Translations under genes and position numbers: made by a program | The notes under the pieces: generated by a model | What the model saw: only the letters and a program-made list of their open reading frames with translations | The model's database searches: none | What the model was told of the DNA's origin: nothing | Shown: piece by piece, positions 14,723 through 26,253 of the stretch | Numbering within the stretch: the stretch's first letter is position 1 | How the letters are laid out: the number at the start of each line of letters is the position of its first letter | NCBI GenBank assembly: GCA_964016885.1 | Contig: OZ024745.1 | Coordinates: 78,182,001-78,246,000, forward strand | Direction of reading: 5' to 3' | Length of the DNA stretch: 64,000 nucleotides | Source of the DNA: Eledone cirrhosa | Taxonomy: Eukaryota

Positions 14723-14864
14723 GAGTTTATGTTGGTTGTATACCAACACCTCAGTATGCAGGCTGGAGTACTCGACGAAGTGCGCAGGTTGGTTTGGTTA
14801 CTCCGGAGTAGTGTAAAATAAAGTTAAATAAAAGTCAAATGATTAAAATTTAGCTTCGTTTATT

Positions 14865-14919
14865 ACTGCTATATATATTTCAGTGACAGCCATCTTTGGC
14901 TGTGACCTCTTCAGGCAGT
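14865..14919 (-). ncRNA. Type-I hammerhead ribozyme motif (family A), antisense copy
   Basis: Reverse complement of 15017-15071. Confidence 0.75.
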
Positions 14920-15016
14920 TTGAATTAGTATGGTATAGACAACTGGGCATATCAGAGTATTGACAATATTATACACCTCAAATATATATGTACTTGTCTA
15001 TACCATACTAATTCAA

Positions 15017-15071
15017 ACTGCCTGAAGAGGTCACAGCCAAAGATGGCTGTCACTGAAATATATATAGCAGT
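15017..15071 (+). ncRNA. Type-I hammerhead ribozyme motif (family A)
   Basis: actgc-CTGAAGA-g gtcacagcca aaga tggctgtcac t-GAAA-tatata-TA-gcagt: 5-bp stem I, long stem II, palindromic stem III, followed immediately by AATAAA. Confidence 0.8.
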
Positions 15072-15115
15072 AATAAACGTAGCTAAATTTTAATCATTTG
15101 ACTTTTATTTAACTT

Positions 15116-15154
<39 letters not shown>

Positions 15155-15157
<3 letters not shown>

Positions 15158-15251
15158 GTGTCTCCACAAAATGTATACACACTTTGATAACCTGCACAGG
15201 CAATGTTTATTAGCATGCTGTTGAAGTGTGTATACATTTTTGGGGTCACCC

Positions 15252-15253
<2 letters not shown>
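15155..15253. mobile_element. Tc1/mariner-type MITE inserted in (TA)n
   Basis: Imperfect TIRs caggtgtctccacaaaatgtatacacactt / aagtgtgtatacattttttggggtcaccct, flanked by TA. Confidence 0.65.
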
Positions 15254-15288
<35 letters not shown>

Positions 15289-15381
15289 GGAGAGAGAGAG
15301 AACACTGGAAGGTAATATCCGTAGTGGGACGAGTTTGGTAGAAGTAGTAACACAACCATGGTTATATAACCATGACCAGTA

Positions 15382-15419
15382 CGAGCTGAAGATCCGCTAA
15401 GGTGAAACAATTGTTCTCG
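15382..15419 (+). ncRNA. Type-I hammerhead ribozyme motif (family B)
   Basis: cgag-CTGAAGA-tccgctaaggt-GAAA-caattg-TT-ctcg. It lies in a repeat (15300-15452) shared with 23620-23760 and has inverted ends tagaagtagtaacacaac / gttgtgttactacttcta. Confidence 0.7.
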
Positions 15420-15742
15420 GTATGGTGAACTAACTGTTGTGTTACTACTTCTATATACATATATATATATATATATATATGGGGGGGGGGGAGAAAGAAG
15501 ATGTGTTTGTTCGTATATGTGTGGGCGCGCGTGCATGTATGTGTGTATGGATGTGTGTACGTTATTTCGTTTTACAGTGAAGTATTAACATGTAATATTT
15601 AAAAATGTCAGAAACACATATCTCTGTTATATACAATGTGTTTAGATTAATGCACTGTAGGAAAATTGCCGTACTTTTCATGCAACAAATTTGTCACTAT
15701 CTTAATGCATTATGAAATGTAGAAACAAGTATATATCGGTAT

Positions 15743-16078
15743 GGTAAGGTCCCGTAACTCCTGATGGAGTCCTAAGAGTACCGTAGTGACATACGGTGTT
15801 TCTTAGGCATTTTTTGAAAACCTGGTGGTGCCCAGCCCTCTCCAAGTCTGAATACAACAGTTTTCTTCCAGAGAAAGATTGAAAGTGAGAGATTGGAAAT
15901 GAGAAAAAGATATAGAGGAAGAATCGACCCCAGTACTTAACTGGTACTTTTTTTATCGACTTCGAAAGGAAGAAAGGCAAAGTTGACCTGGGCGAAATTT
16001 GAACTCAGAGAGCAGAGAATCGGAACGAATACCATAAAGCACTCTTTCCGACGTTCTTACGACTCTGCCAATTCGTCA
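15743..16078 (-). mobile_element. SINE family 1 relative with a different, longer 3' tail
   Basis: Head and core as in family 1 (15923-16078); tail 15743-15920 shared with 26552-26878. Confidence 0.75.
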
Positions 16079-16099
16079 TGTTAGGTATATATTATTTAT

Positions 16100-16290
16100 A
16101 GGCGGTGGATTGGCAGTATCGGTAGAGGGTCGGACGCCATACTTTCCAGCATAGAGTTACGTCCATTTACGATCTGAGTTCAAATCCCGCCGAGGTTGAC
16201 TTTGCCTTTCATCCTTACGGGGTCGATAAAATAAAGTACCAGTAATGCACTGGTTGATTGCTGGCCTTGTGCCTAAAGTAGAAACAATTA
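16100..16290 (+). mobile_element. SINE family 1, full length
   Basis: ggcggtggattggcagtatcggtagag...gagttcaaatcccgcc...gtagaaacaatta. Confidence 0.9.
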
Positions 16291-17290
16291 TTTATAGCAT
16301 AAAAGATGAGTTACTTAGATGTTTCGCTTTGTTTGTTCGTCCGGCTATAAAATCGAAATCAAAATATTTCTGATATAATTTTTATATGGATGACGCCACT
16401 TATCTGGCTGTTTAAAGGATGTTTAGAAAACGGGTGTGGATAGATCAAATTGATTGTCAAAGACTGAATATATTTAACTCCAACAGACGACAATCTGAAT
16501 GTAGGATTGGGATACTTTGATGCGCACGTGTGTGCGTGTGCGTGCGTGTTAGGCTGGTATATAATTGTTATGCTTGAAAGATATTTAATAGAAGTTATTT
16601 TTAATCTAGCTGAAAAGGCTTTTGTGGTAGTTTGAATATTTCAAGAGATGTTATAAGGGAGAAGAGATTTCATAGAGAGATTGAAAACGGCAATATTAAG
16701 AAAAAAGTAGAAAAGGAAAATTATGGAATTTGTGCCTTTGTTACTTAGAATTTTAGATGCTAGTGTAGAATTGAAAAGAATTTAGTTTCAAAGAAATATT
16801 TAAATTTGTTCGTGTACATGTATAGACTAAAACACCCACTCACTCACATACATATATATACATATATTGTTCATATTTGTGGGGATATATTGTTTCGACC
16901 ACGTGTCTTGTTTTGTTTTTGTTTTTTTCTCATTTATTTTCTCTGTTTTAAACTATTATGTTTTAAATTTTTGGTCCCATTGTCTTTTTTTTTGTGCAGT
17001 CTTTACTTATGTATAAATATATTTAAAATATGTGCGTCCTAACACAAATGACTATAATAAGACTTAATCATCAAAATCGTGTTTAAACCGCCGGAGATGA
17101 AAGAGCGGGGAATCGAGCCTTGCATTTCTCTGATGCTCGGGAAGTGCAACAAAAAACCGCTGGTCACTAACTCCGTCTTTTTGGACAATTTAAAGTTTGT
17201 TGCTAGAAGTGTAAACAAAACAATCTACTTCAGAAGCATTGGGGGAACTGAAATTTAAATTGTGTGCGTCTCAACACAAATGAGCATAAT

Positions 17291-17478
17291 TGTTTCTACA
17301 TTTGGCTCAAGGCCAGCAATTATCCCAGTGTATTACTGGTGCTTTATTTTATCGAACCCGTAAGGATGAAAGGCAAAGTTAACCTCGGCGGGATTTGAAC
17401 TCAGACCATAAAGGGCCGTAACTCTTTGCTGCAAAGCATAGCGTCCGACGCTCTACCGATACTGCCAATCCACCGCCC
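17291..17478 (-). mobile_element. SINE family 1, full length
   Basis: Same family; partial TSD tgagcataat on both sides. Confidence 0.9.
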
Positions 17479-18295
17479 TTAACAAGTGAGCATAATAATA
17501 GTCGATCAGTATAAATAATATGTATTAGAATAAGAGTGTTGTCCCTCCCTCCCTCCGTCCGTCATGCTCACTTTATATAGAGAAGGGTGGCGACAAGCGA
17601 GAGATATGTACTTAGATATAGAGAGAAAAGCGAACGCCGTGTGTTTTCGGGGTGACAGAAAGAGGTAGATAAACAGAAAGTTATGACGTCACCTTCATTT
17701 ATATATAGAGAGGGGGGGGGGGGGGGGCGCCGAGCGAAAATGATATACATTGGTAGAGAGAGAAAAGGAACGTAATTTGTTTAGAGAGAGAGAGTGTGTG
17801 TAGGGGACAGAAAGAGGTAGATGACAGCGTCCCACTCATCTAGTATTGGATAAAAATATGGTAAACCCCTTGGATTCGGGCGGGAAAGATTTTCAAAATG
17901 ACATTGCATCAATTTCGATTAGGAGCAATAGGCGGATTTGACCAAAAAAAAGAAACATCTGGACAATTTTACTAAAACGAAAATTTGTCTCAAAACTAAA
18001 TTTGAGTCCTCAAAAGTAATTTTCTATTTTTTATCTTAAATGAGATTAGATTTAAGGGTAAATAATATATCATCATTTTCTTCCTTTGTACTTTTTGTGC
18101 CTTCCGTTTTATGACGGTCTCCATGAACCGAGGTGAGTGAAACTTCGGGAAATTTCACTGATCAATATATGACGATGTGTGACTCTAACCCCTGAAGGCA
18201 GAGTCTCGACATTTTCGGATTACAATGACTGGAACAAGTAAAAGAATAGAATAACACAAGCAAAATCACGCAGACACATGCACACACACACACAC

Positions 18296-18349
<54 letters not shown>

Positions 18350-18381
18350 CATGTGTACCTGTCTTTTCCACACCAATTCGG

Positions 18382-18436
18382 ACTGCCTGAAGAGGTCACA
18401 GCCAATGATGGCTGTCACCGAAATATATATAGCAGT
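18382..18436 (+). ncRNA. Type-I hammerhead ribozyme motif (family A)
   Basis: actgc-CTGAAGA-g gtcacagcca atga tggctgtcac c-GAAA-tatata-TA-gcagt, with the canonical G-C pair closing stem II. Confidence 0.8.
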
Positions 18437-19880
18437 AATTTTTAATCTACTTATATATATAACCAGCAATTTCTCTGTCTGTCTGTCCGACAGTGGAAAC
18501 ACGTGCGTAGAGAGAGAGTGAGAGTGAAAGAAAGAGACAGACTACGAGAGGGGGATAGCGGGAGGGAGAGAGGGAGAGAGAGAGAGTGAATAGACGCTAA
18601 AACACGTGCTACAGAAACATTACCTTCCCCCTCTCCACTAACTTTGGTCACTGAAGCCGAGGGAATCGCGCTGAGCGCGTCATAATGACGTAATGCAGAC
18701 AGCAGACATACAGACAGATATTATAAGGGCGCAACGTTATATCTATGTATCTATCTAAAAAGAAAGACTAAGAATTATATAGAGAGAACGCTAAATCGCC
18801 TAATGCGGTCCCTAGGGCATTGAAAATTTGAAATAATTTTTGCTCAAAACACTCATAGGACCATAAGTATTACATGTCTAAAGTTTGAAAACAATCGGTT
18901 GGATGGTTCTCAAGTTTTAGTGAGCTGACAGACAGACAGACATTCTCTGTTTTAGATATATAGACTATCAGAAAACCGCCACGACTGGTTTTCTGCTAGT
19001 CTATATATATAAAACTGAGGTTGTCTGTCTACTAAAACGGTCTGCACACATCTCTTAAACCGTACGTTCAAACTTCGGTGAAATTGCTACACTTATAGAT
19101 GAAGGTCCGGCGGAGACATCGGTCAAAAGATTTTTCAAATCGACCCACACCAAGTGCAAAAATCGAATTTGTAATGTATTGATTTTTTCAGTTCAAATAG
19201 AGATTAGAGACGAGTTATTTCCCTTTTATGGCGTCATTCTGTCTATCTATTTACGTTACGAATAATCGACGCGTGCAAAAGTACAAAAATACGCGAACAG
19301 TTTTCGGGCCAGTAAAATTTTAACCTGCAAAATTCATGAGTTCGAAGTTTCAACATTAAGCTTCCATTTTGCTTCATTTCCATTAAAAAGTATTTTAAAA
19401 CAATATTTCAGCGCATCAGCCTCACCATCACCCGACATCACCCGAGGCAACGCTGCGAGTGTGCTGGCTTGCCTCAAAATTAGAGAGGTTGCCCAGTACT
19501 CGCGACGTTGCTGACTTTTGCTCTGGTGTTGGCTCCGTTTTTCATCCCTTCCTTTGTATTTTCTTTAATATTGTAGTTTATGTATATATTTAAAACATAT
19601 TTGTTATGTTATTCTACTGTAAATGTATTTATATGCTCTGTTTATACCCTCAAAAATCTATGAAACTACATACATGTTGCAACTCTCTCTCTATCTATAT
19701 ATCACACACACACATATACATATACATCTAAAGAGAGAAAGGGGGATGTAGAGAGAGAGAGTGAGATAGGTCGTTATACAGAGAGAGGTACAAGATAGAG
19801 GGACAGAAAGACAGGGAGAGAGAGAGCATGGCGACGACGCTGGTTCACACACAAACACACACAAACACATATATATATAA

Positions 19881-19921
<41 letters not shown>

Positions 19922-20051
19922 CGTTATTTATTGTTCTCCATTCTGTAGGAGGAAGAGAGAGAGGGAGGTATGAGTGAGAGAGAGGGGGTATGAGTGAGAG
20001 AGAGAGAGAGGGTATGAGAAAAAATGCAGAGGGGTTGAGAAAGAAAGAAAT

Positions 20052-20215
20052 TTTAAGCAAAGAATCGCTGCTTTCAACATTAACGGGATCTTCTGAAACT
20101 AATAAATTCTATCTGTGGACGCAGAATTAAATATTTCGAGAAACGTTGCAACCGAAGGAAATCAGGAAGACGATATTTTGGTTCGTGAAGACGTTCCCTG
20201 GTAATGAACGGAAAA
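20052..20215 (-). mobile_element. Family D pLTR-like fragment
   Basis: Clear sequence match to 7636-7800. Confidence 0.6.
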
Positions 20216-20407
20216 AAAGCGAGGATAATACGTCGTTATGTGGACCGAGAAGAACAATTTCATGCAAAGACAAGACCAAGTTTATGGTGTAAATGGAGTC
20301 GTTAGACTAATATTCTATTTAAAATAACCGAATGATTTCCAGCCCCGGAGTTTAAGAATGATGTAAATAAAATTGTAAACGAAAATGACAAAGGTTATTA
20401 AAATAGT

Positions 20408-20500
20408 TTGGCACAAGGCCAGCAATTACCCAGTACATTACTAGTACTTTATTTTATCGACCCCGTAAGGATGAAAGGCAAAGTAACGACGGGATTTTAA
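20408..20500 (-). mobile_element. 5'-truncated SINE family 1
   Basis: ggcacaaggccagcaattacccag...ggatgaaaggcaaagt. Confidence 0.8.
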
Positions 20501-20591
20501 CTTTGCCTTAAAATAGTAAAAGTAAATAGTGAAGATTTAGGCCAGTACATACGTATGCGCCGACGGACATACACATACATATACATACACA

Positions 20592-20623
<32 letters not shown>

Positions 20624-21082
20624 TGCACACGCACACGCACACGCACACACACACGCGCGTGTGTGTGTAAACCTTATGCATTTCTACACATAGGTTACTT
20701 ATGTACTCCGGATGGTCATGGGCACTTTCATTTTTCCAGATATTGATTATAGGGCCTTCCGGCAGATAACCCCCTTTAACCACTTCCTTAGAGTCGACTG
20801 AAGCACTGCAGTGCAATGCAACAAAACGTCATAACTTCTGGAGTTCGCAACCGATTTTCACAAAAATTGACACATGGGCTACGTTTGTTCTACAGATGAA
20901 TGTGAACCCTCATAATTGGGACATATGGAGTAGGGGACACTTGGGGGAAGGAACCTCCTTTTGGAAAAAGCCGATGATTTTGTAAAAGTATAGTTTTCGA
21001 AGCAGCACTGAAGTATTGACATAAATGGTATACATAACTGGTATTTAATACCCGAGCAACGCCGGGTACTTCTGCTAGTTTA

Positions 21083-21211
21083 TAATAAACGAAGCCAAAT
21101 TTTACATATTTGACTTAATTATTTTACATTACTCCGGAGTAAACAAACCAACCTGCGTACTTCGTCGAGTGCTCCAATCTGCATACTGAGGTGTCGGTAA
21201 ACAACCAGCAT
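21083..21211 (+). mobile_element. 3' part of a family A pLTR (continuation of 18382-18439)
   Basis: Reverse complement of 14727-14864; continues the family A sequence from the AATAAA that follows the hammerhead. Confidence 0.75.
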
Positions 21212-21214
21212 ATA

Positions 21215-21278
<64 letters not shown>

Positions 21279-21281
<3 letters not shown>

Positions 21282-22536
21282 TTATCTATAAAAGGCAGAT
21301 TGTTGTTGTGTGTGTGTGTGCAAGTTCCATGTTTATACATTTGCACAATTTCAAACGGATTCGACTCAAAGTCTGTAAGAATGTTGTAAATGGTCTAACT
21401 TAGGTCAACAACTATTTATTTCATTCAAACTCACCCACAATTACGGAAATAATCGATAAAACTAAATACATGACGCTTTACCCCTCTAATACAATCAGAT
21501 AACCTCTCTCTACTCTCTTCATCAGAGAAAGTTGCAGCATGTATGTAATTTTATCGAATTTTAAGGAGAGTAGAGAGAGGTTATCTGATTGTATTAGAGA
21601 GGTAAAGCGTCATGTATTTAGTTTATCGATTATTTCCGTAATTGTGGGTGAGTTTGAATGAAATAAATAGTTGTTGGCCTAAGTTAGACCATTTACAACA
21701 TTCTTACAGACTTTGAGTCCAATCGGTTTGAAATTGTGCAAATGTATAAACATGGAAAATGCACACACACACACAACAACAACAATCTGCCTTTTATATA
21801 TAGATAATGATGATGATGATTAAACTTACAAACTTTAAGAGAGAGAGAGAACGTTTGTTTTTTAATGTAGAACGGTCAAACATTTAGTTACTTCAATGAC
21901 AAAGAGAACTTATTACATTTCATACGAAACAACAATTATTCAAAAGCAACAGATAAATTTATTCAACAACAAAAAAAATAGCGATAAATCTTTTTTAAAA
22001 CATCTATCAACGAACGTGGAAGAAAGAAGTATCAGTTCATTTATTATACACAATAATATCTTCTATGAGGTCACTAAACCTGCTAGAAACAGCAGCTAAC
22101 TCTCCCCCATATCACACCACTCCCTACTGTCTTAAATTTAGAAAACATATCCTCTATGAGGTCACTAAACCTGCTAGAAACAGCAGCTAACTCTCCCCCA
22201 TATCACACCCTTCCTTACTGTCTTAAATTTAGAAAACACACATTAGACAACCATGCAGAACAACTCCATTGGAGCTCTGTTGTTCGGCTGGAATCGTCTA
22301 CGCGCGTGTTGCGCAAATACTGTGAAACAATAAATTTCAACACTTCTTTGCACAGAGATAATATCCATAGGCGAAAATACAATTGTCACTGCTGGCGCAG
22401 CTCCTGCTTCAGCAGTCCAGGTCTGCAATTCATTCACCCAGTGCCTGGAAGACAAAAAAGTGCTGCCATAAAATGGGTGGTGCAATCTAACTTTGGTAAC
22501 TTACTGACCCCGAGCAACGCCGGGCTTTAATGCTAG
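21279..22536 (+). mobile_element. Non-autonomous Helitron inserted in (TA)n, with an inverted duplication of its 5' end
   Basis: a|TCATTATCTATAAAAGGCAG start; 3' hairpin cccgagcaacgccggg and CTAG|t at 22533-22536. 21279-21516 and 21566-21812 are near-perfect inverted repeats. Confidence 0.7.
22063..22238. repeat. ~90-bp tandem duplication
   Basis: ctatgaggtcactaaacctgctagaaacagcagctaactctcccccatatcacacc...aaatttagaaaaca occurs twice. Confidence 0.9.
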
Positions 22537-22732
22537 TATATATATATATATATATATACAATAATGAGAGGTATACAAATATATGTGTATACATACATAT
22601 ACATGTATATATAAACATACATTTTTCACAAGTATGTGAGATTGTATGTTGTCGACCTTAACCAGTGTTACTCTATGATTATGAGAGACAAAATAATCGA
22701 AATAATTAAATTGACACAATATCAGAGTTATG

Positions 22733-22999
22733 TAAAATATTATAAAAAGGAATAATAGATACAATATACCTATTTTTTCTTTAGTCCCGACTGTACAGTT
22801 TCGCTGGTCACTATGCAAAAATATTATATCATAGACATGTAACATTGTTGTGAGGTAAGCCAGCTTATCAAGGGAGCACCTTGATAAGCTGGCTTGTTAC
22901 ATGTCTATGATATAATATTTTCGCATAGTGACCAGCGAAACTGTACAGTCGGGACTAAAGAAAAAAATAGGTATATTGTATCGATTATTCCTTTTTATA

Positions 23000-23007
<8 letters not shown>
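22733..23007. repeat. Inverted repeat (~110-bp arms) with a central hairpin and the 3' half of a hammerhead-like motif
   Basis: Arms 22733-22845 and 22894-23007; the spacer contains aagccagcttatcaagg..ccttgataagctggctt. The right arm has GAAA-ctgtacag-TC-ggg but no upstream CTGANGA. Confidence 0.75.
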
Positions 23008-23038
<31 letters not shown>

Positions 23039-23104
23039 TCCCCAAACTACCAAAATACACAACTATTTGTATATGCGCTACAAATAATGTACATGTTATG
23101 TAGA

Positions 23105-23545
23105 GACAGATGGGAGAGATAGATATATATAGAGAGAGGGGGATTGGGAGAGAGTTCCGTGTAGTAGATATAGAGAGGGAGAGAGTTTGGTGTTAATTGA
23201 TATAGAGGGGAGGATTGGAAGAGTATGTTGTATGGTTAATGTAGAAAGGAGGAGAGTTTGGTGATAATGAATAGAGTGAGAGGATTGATAGAGATAGGTA
23301 TGGATAGATATAGAGAGGGGATAGAGTATGGTAGTGATGGATAGAGTGAGAGAGAATGAGAGAGTGTGTTGTATGGCAGATATAGAGAGGGGGGGTATTT
23401 GGTGTTAATTGATACAGAGATGGGATTGGGAGAGTGTGTTGTATATTAGATATAGCGAGGGGAAGAGATTAATGTTTATTGATATAGGAGGGAGATTGGA
23501 AGAGAGTTCCATGTATCAAATATAAAGAGAGGGATAGTTTGGTGG
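23105..23545. repeat. Degenerate GA/GT-rich minisatellite
   Basis: Recurring gatatagagagggg-attgggagag-tgttgtat units. Confidence 0.7.
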
Positions 23546-23715
23546 AATAAAAATCGGGGACGGATCTGACTAATAAGCGGAGGTGGGGATGATTATTCAA
23601 GAATGTATACATATATATAATAGTAGAACGCTGGAGGGTTATATCCGTAGTAGTAGAGCACTCAGTCCATGGGTCGAGTTTGGTAGAAGTAGTTCCACAA
23701 CAGTTAGTTCACCAT

Positions 23716-23758
23716 ACCGAGAACAAATGTTTCACCTTATGCGGATCTTCAGCTCGGT
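23716..23758 (-). ncRNA. Type-I hammerhead ribozyme motif (family B)
   Basis: Minus strand: accgag-CTGAAGA-tccgcataaggt-GAAA-catttg-TT-ctcggt, with a perfect 6-bp stem I. Confidence 0.75.
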
Positions 23759-24910
23759 CCTATATATATATATATATATAGGAGATGAATAAATTGGGTT
23801 TAATACCATAATACCAGTTTCCTACCAAATGCGAAGGAGCTCGATATATTAACCCCCTAGGAAAAGGCACAGAGCATTTTTTTTTATTATATGTATACAG
23901 TGGCGGTGGACCTGGTGCCGGGGGCATGCCTCCCTCCACTAATTATATTTTCTCCCCAAACTACAAAAAACACGCATCTATTTTGTCCCAATTTGCTCCT
24001 ACCCCCATTCAGATATGCTTCCACCATCCCAACGAGTGTGAGTGGGACATCGGTTGGCTATGTTTGTTATTTTCCAAATGTAGTTAATTCAAAAGAACAA
24101 AATGATTCCATTTGTTATTTGGTGTAGTGGAGGGGAGCGAAATAATTGCAAATTCTATGATTTTATTAAATGGTACTCCATTTCGCGTCGCTACATTTCA
24201 CTGATCTGAAAATGAGTACCAATATCAGCTTGAGATCAGCTTTGCTCCGGATCGCTGTCTCGTCCAAAGGTCAGTCATGTACTCACAATCGGTTGACGCC
24301 CATGATACTGAAATAATGGGGCGGTGTGAATGAAATACTAACTTTAAAACGATTACTCTATTCAAAAGGTTTCTCGAGAGCACGAATATTTGTATATTTG
24401 AGGTATTATCTAGTTATGTACATGATCTAAGAAATGTGTGAGACAGTTTTGCACGTTTATTTGTGACAGAGGAGTGAACATTATGAAAATATTTATTGTA
24501 ATAAGTAAATATACTTTACATTTCTTATATTTTATTTATCCTTTTGGTCATTATTTTATTGAATGTTGTTTTTATATAAATATATTGTGGGAGGTGATGG
24601 AGACGAGAAGAGGTAGAATGGTGTGATTTACGTGAATAGATAGACAGCACTTCCATTACATTAACAAACAATTCTGCTTATCGTATTACTCCGGTGTCAT
24701 TTGAATCCTACACATTAACCGTAATTATTCTTTAAATTAGCTGTTATTAAACACCCCTTCATTTTTACTAAATAACCAACTCGGTATCTAATGCGTTGTT
24801 AGACAACAACAATGTATGACCTTCTTCTATTTTCTCCACTACATCTCTCTTATTGCTTTCCACTACTATACACGCACACACGCGCACATATATACACTTA
24901 TATACATACA

Positions 24911-25526
24911 TATGGTGGCTGCCAACTCGTTTTCGAGTACGGCCACTACTTTATATCCATGTAGGAGAACCCCTACCGATGCGCTGAACGAGTGTGACTT
25001 TTTAGTCCAGCCAGCGACTTGAAAACTCTGGTACAAACACTCCACACCTGTGACAATTATTGACACATAGTGCTGGGCCCATGGTACCATGTGACGACAA
25101 GTGCAGAGAGATCTCCAGATATAAAGCAATGCCTGTGCCGTGAAGCTTTTATAGTGAGCAAAGGCACTGCACAAAGCCAGTCCCACTCTCTTAACCAAGA
25201 TGATATTTACCAAAAAGAAGAACAAGTCAACATCATTGGATACCATCAGGGTTGCAGGTGTTATATCAGAGTTTTCCTTCTCCTAGAATTATGCCTTGAC
25301 AAAGGCTAAGGGGTCATCTCTCCCGGTGATTTTGGATGGCCATTGACTCTTAAGAGCTCCTTTGCCCTTTGACAGGTTTTGTTTTTAGTCCTGCAGGATG
25401 TCCAAAGTCACCCTCCTCACCAAGAAACCTTGGTGGGGTTGCCAGTTTAGTCGCCAACGACCCGACCATGGGACAGGTTGTACTGGGATACATGTTACCA
25501 GTAGCACCAACTGGTGACCTGACAGA
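24911..25526 (-). mobile_element. Bipartite non-autonomous RTE-derived retroelement, copy 1
   Basis: The minus strand has an RTE-type 5' motif (ctaggagaaggaaaactctga) joined to a 3' end encoding a C2H2-like remnant ([15 protein letters not shown]) and a ctcg-aaaa-cgag hairpin before a TA tail. There is no room for an RT ORF. Confidence 0.65.
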
Positions 25527-25550
25527 TACATATATATACATACATGTATA

Positions 25551-25726
25551 CAGACCTGCCAACCTCTAAAATCCCAAACGGGCAGTACCATGAAAAAAAG
25601 TGCCTCAAAATGGGGAGAAATGGGGCAAATGGGAAGATTTTACATAATGAAAGCTATACCCATTTTTACAGAAGACATCTCTCACCCAGCCAAAATGGGT
25701 GGGTGATCTCCTCGTTAATAGGTCTG
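25551..25726. mobile_element. Short MITE-like element
   Basis: Ends cagacctgccaac / gttaataggtctg, flanked by tata on both sides. Confidence 0.45.
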
Positions 25727-25741
25727 TATATATATATATAT

Positions 25742-25937
25742 ATATTAAAATAACAGATTAAAGTTTAAGCAAAGAATCGCTGCTTTCACCCTTAACGGGA
25801 TCTTTGCAGCGATTCTTTGCTTAAACTTTAATCTGTTATTTTAATAAATATTTGCTCTACGGTTCTTATATATTTGATATATATTTATCCTTATCGAGCC
25901 CTCTTTGGATTTTAGTCTTCAAATTTATTATTATTAC

Positions 25938-25939
<2 letters not shown>
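25742..25939. mobile_element. Family D pLTR-like fold-back
   Basis: 25742-25783 is the inverse of 25806-25847; the right arm continues as the reverse complement of 7524-7655. Flanked by TA tracts. Confidence 0.7.
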
Positions 25940-26014
<75 letters not shown>

Positions 26015-26016
<2 letters not shown>

Positions 26017-26192
26017 TATTCCGGGTTGAATCGGAGGTAACCAGAGTAAGTAAGGTACTCAATACATAGCAGAGTATAAAGGTTTTAATATAGAAGAGCT
26101 TCTACAGGACTAGAACTGTTACATTCGTGAGAAATCATCAAGAACCCTGATGATTTCTCACGAATGAAACAGTTCTAGTCCCGTAGAAGCTC

Positions 26193-26200
<8 letters not shown>
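26015..26200. mobile_element. Family C pLTR-like fold-back with a hammerhead-like core
   Basis: Hairpin at 26088-26200. The right arm has CTGATGA-tttctcacgaat-GAAA-cagttctag-TC. The left part matches 36093-36215 inverted and 58895-59000. Confidence 0.65.

Positions 26201-26253
<53 letters not shown>

Larger units (their letters stand above)
14727..15122. mobile_element. Inverted pair of Penelope pLTR-like segments (family A), each carrying a hammerhead
   Basis: Arms 14814-14942 and 14994-15122 are near-perfect reverse complements. The left arm extends to ~14727 and matches 21083-21211 inverted. Bounded by (TA)n(GA)n and (TA)n. Confidence 0.75.
18446..21078 (+). mobile_element. Composite non-autonomous Helitron region
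   Basis: Starts a|TCTACTTATATATATAAC followed by (ctgt)n. Ends with the hairpin tacccgagcaacgccgggta and CTAG|t. Inserted between A and T with no TSD. Contains further Helitron-like 5' ends around 18935-19030 and nested SINE/pLTR fragments. Confidence 0.7.

Noticed and set aside
22063-22238. Tandem 90-bp unit as a CRISPR-like array or a ribozyme dimer
   Set aside because: Only two near-identical units, no spacers, and no CTGANGA core.
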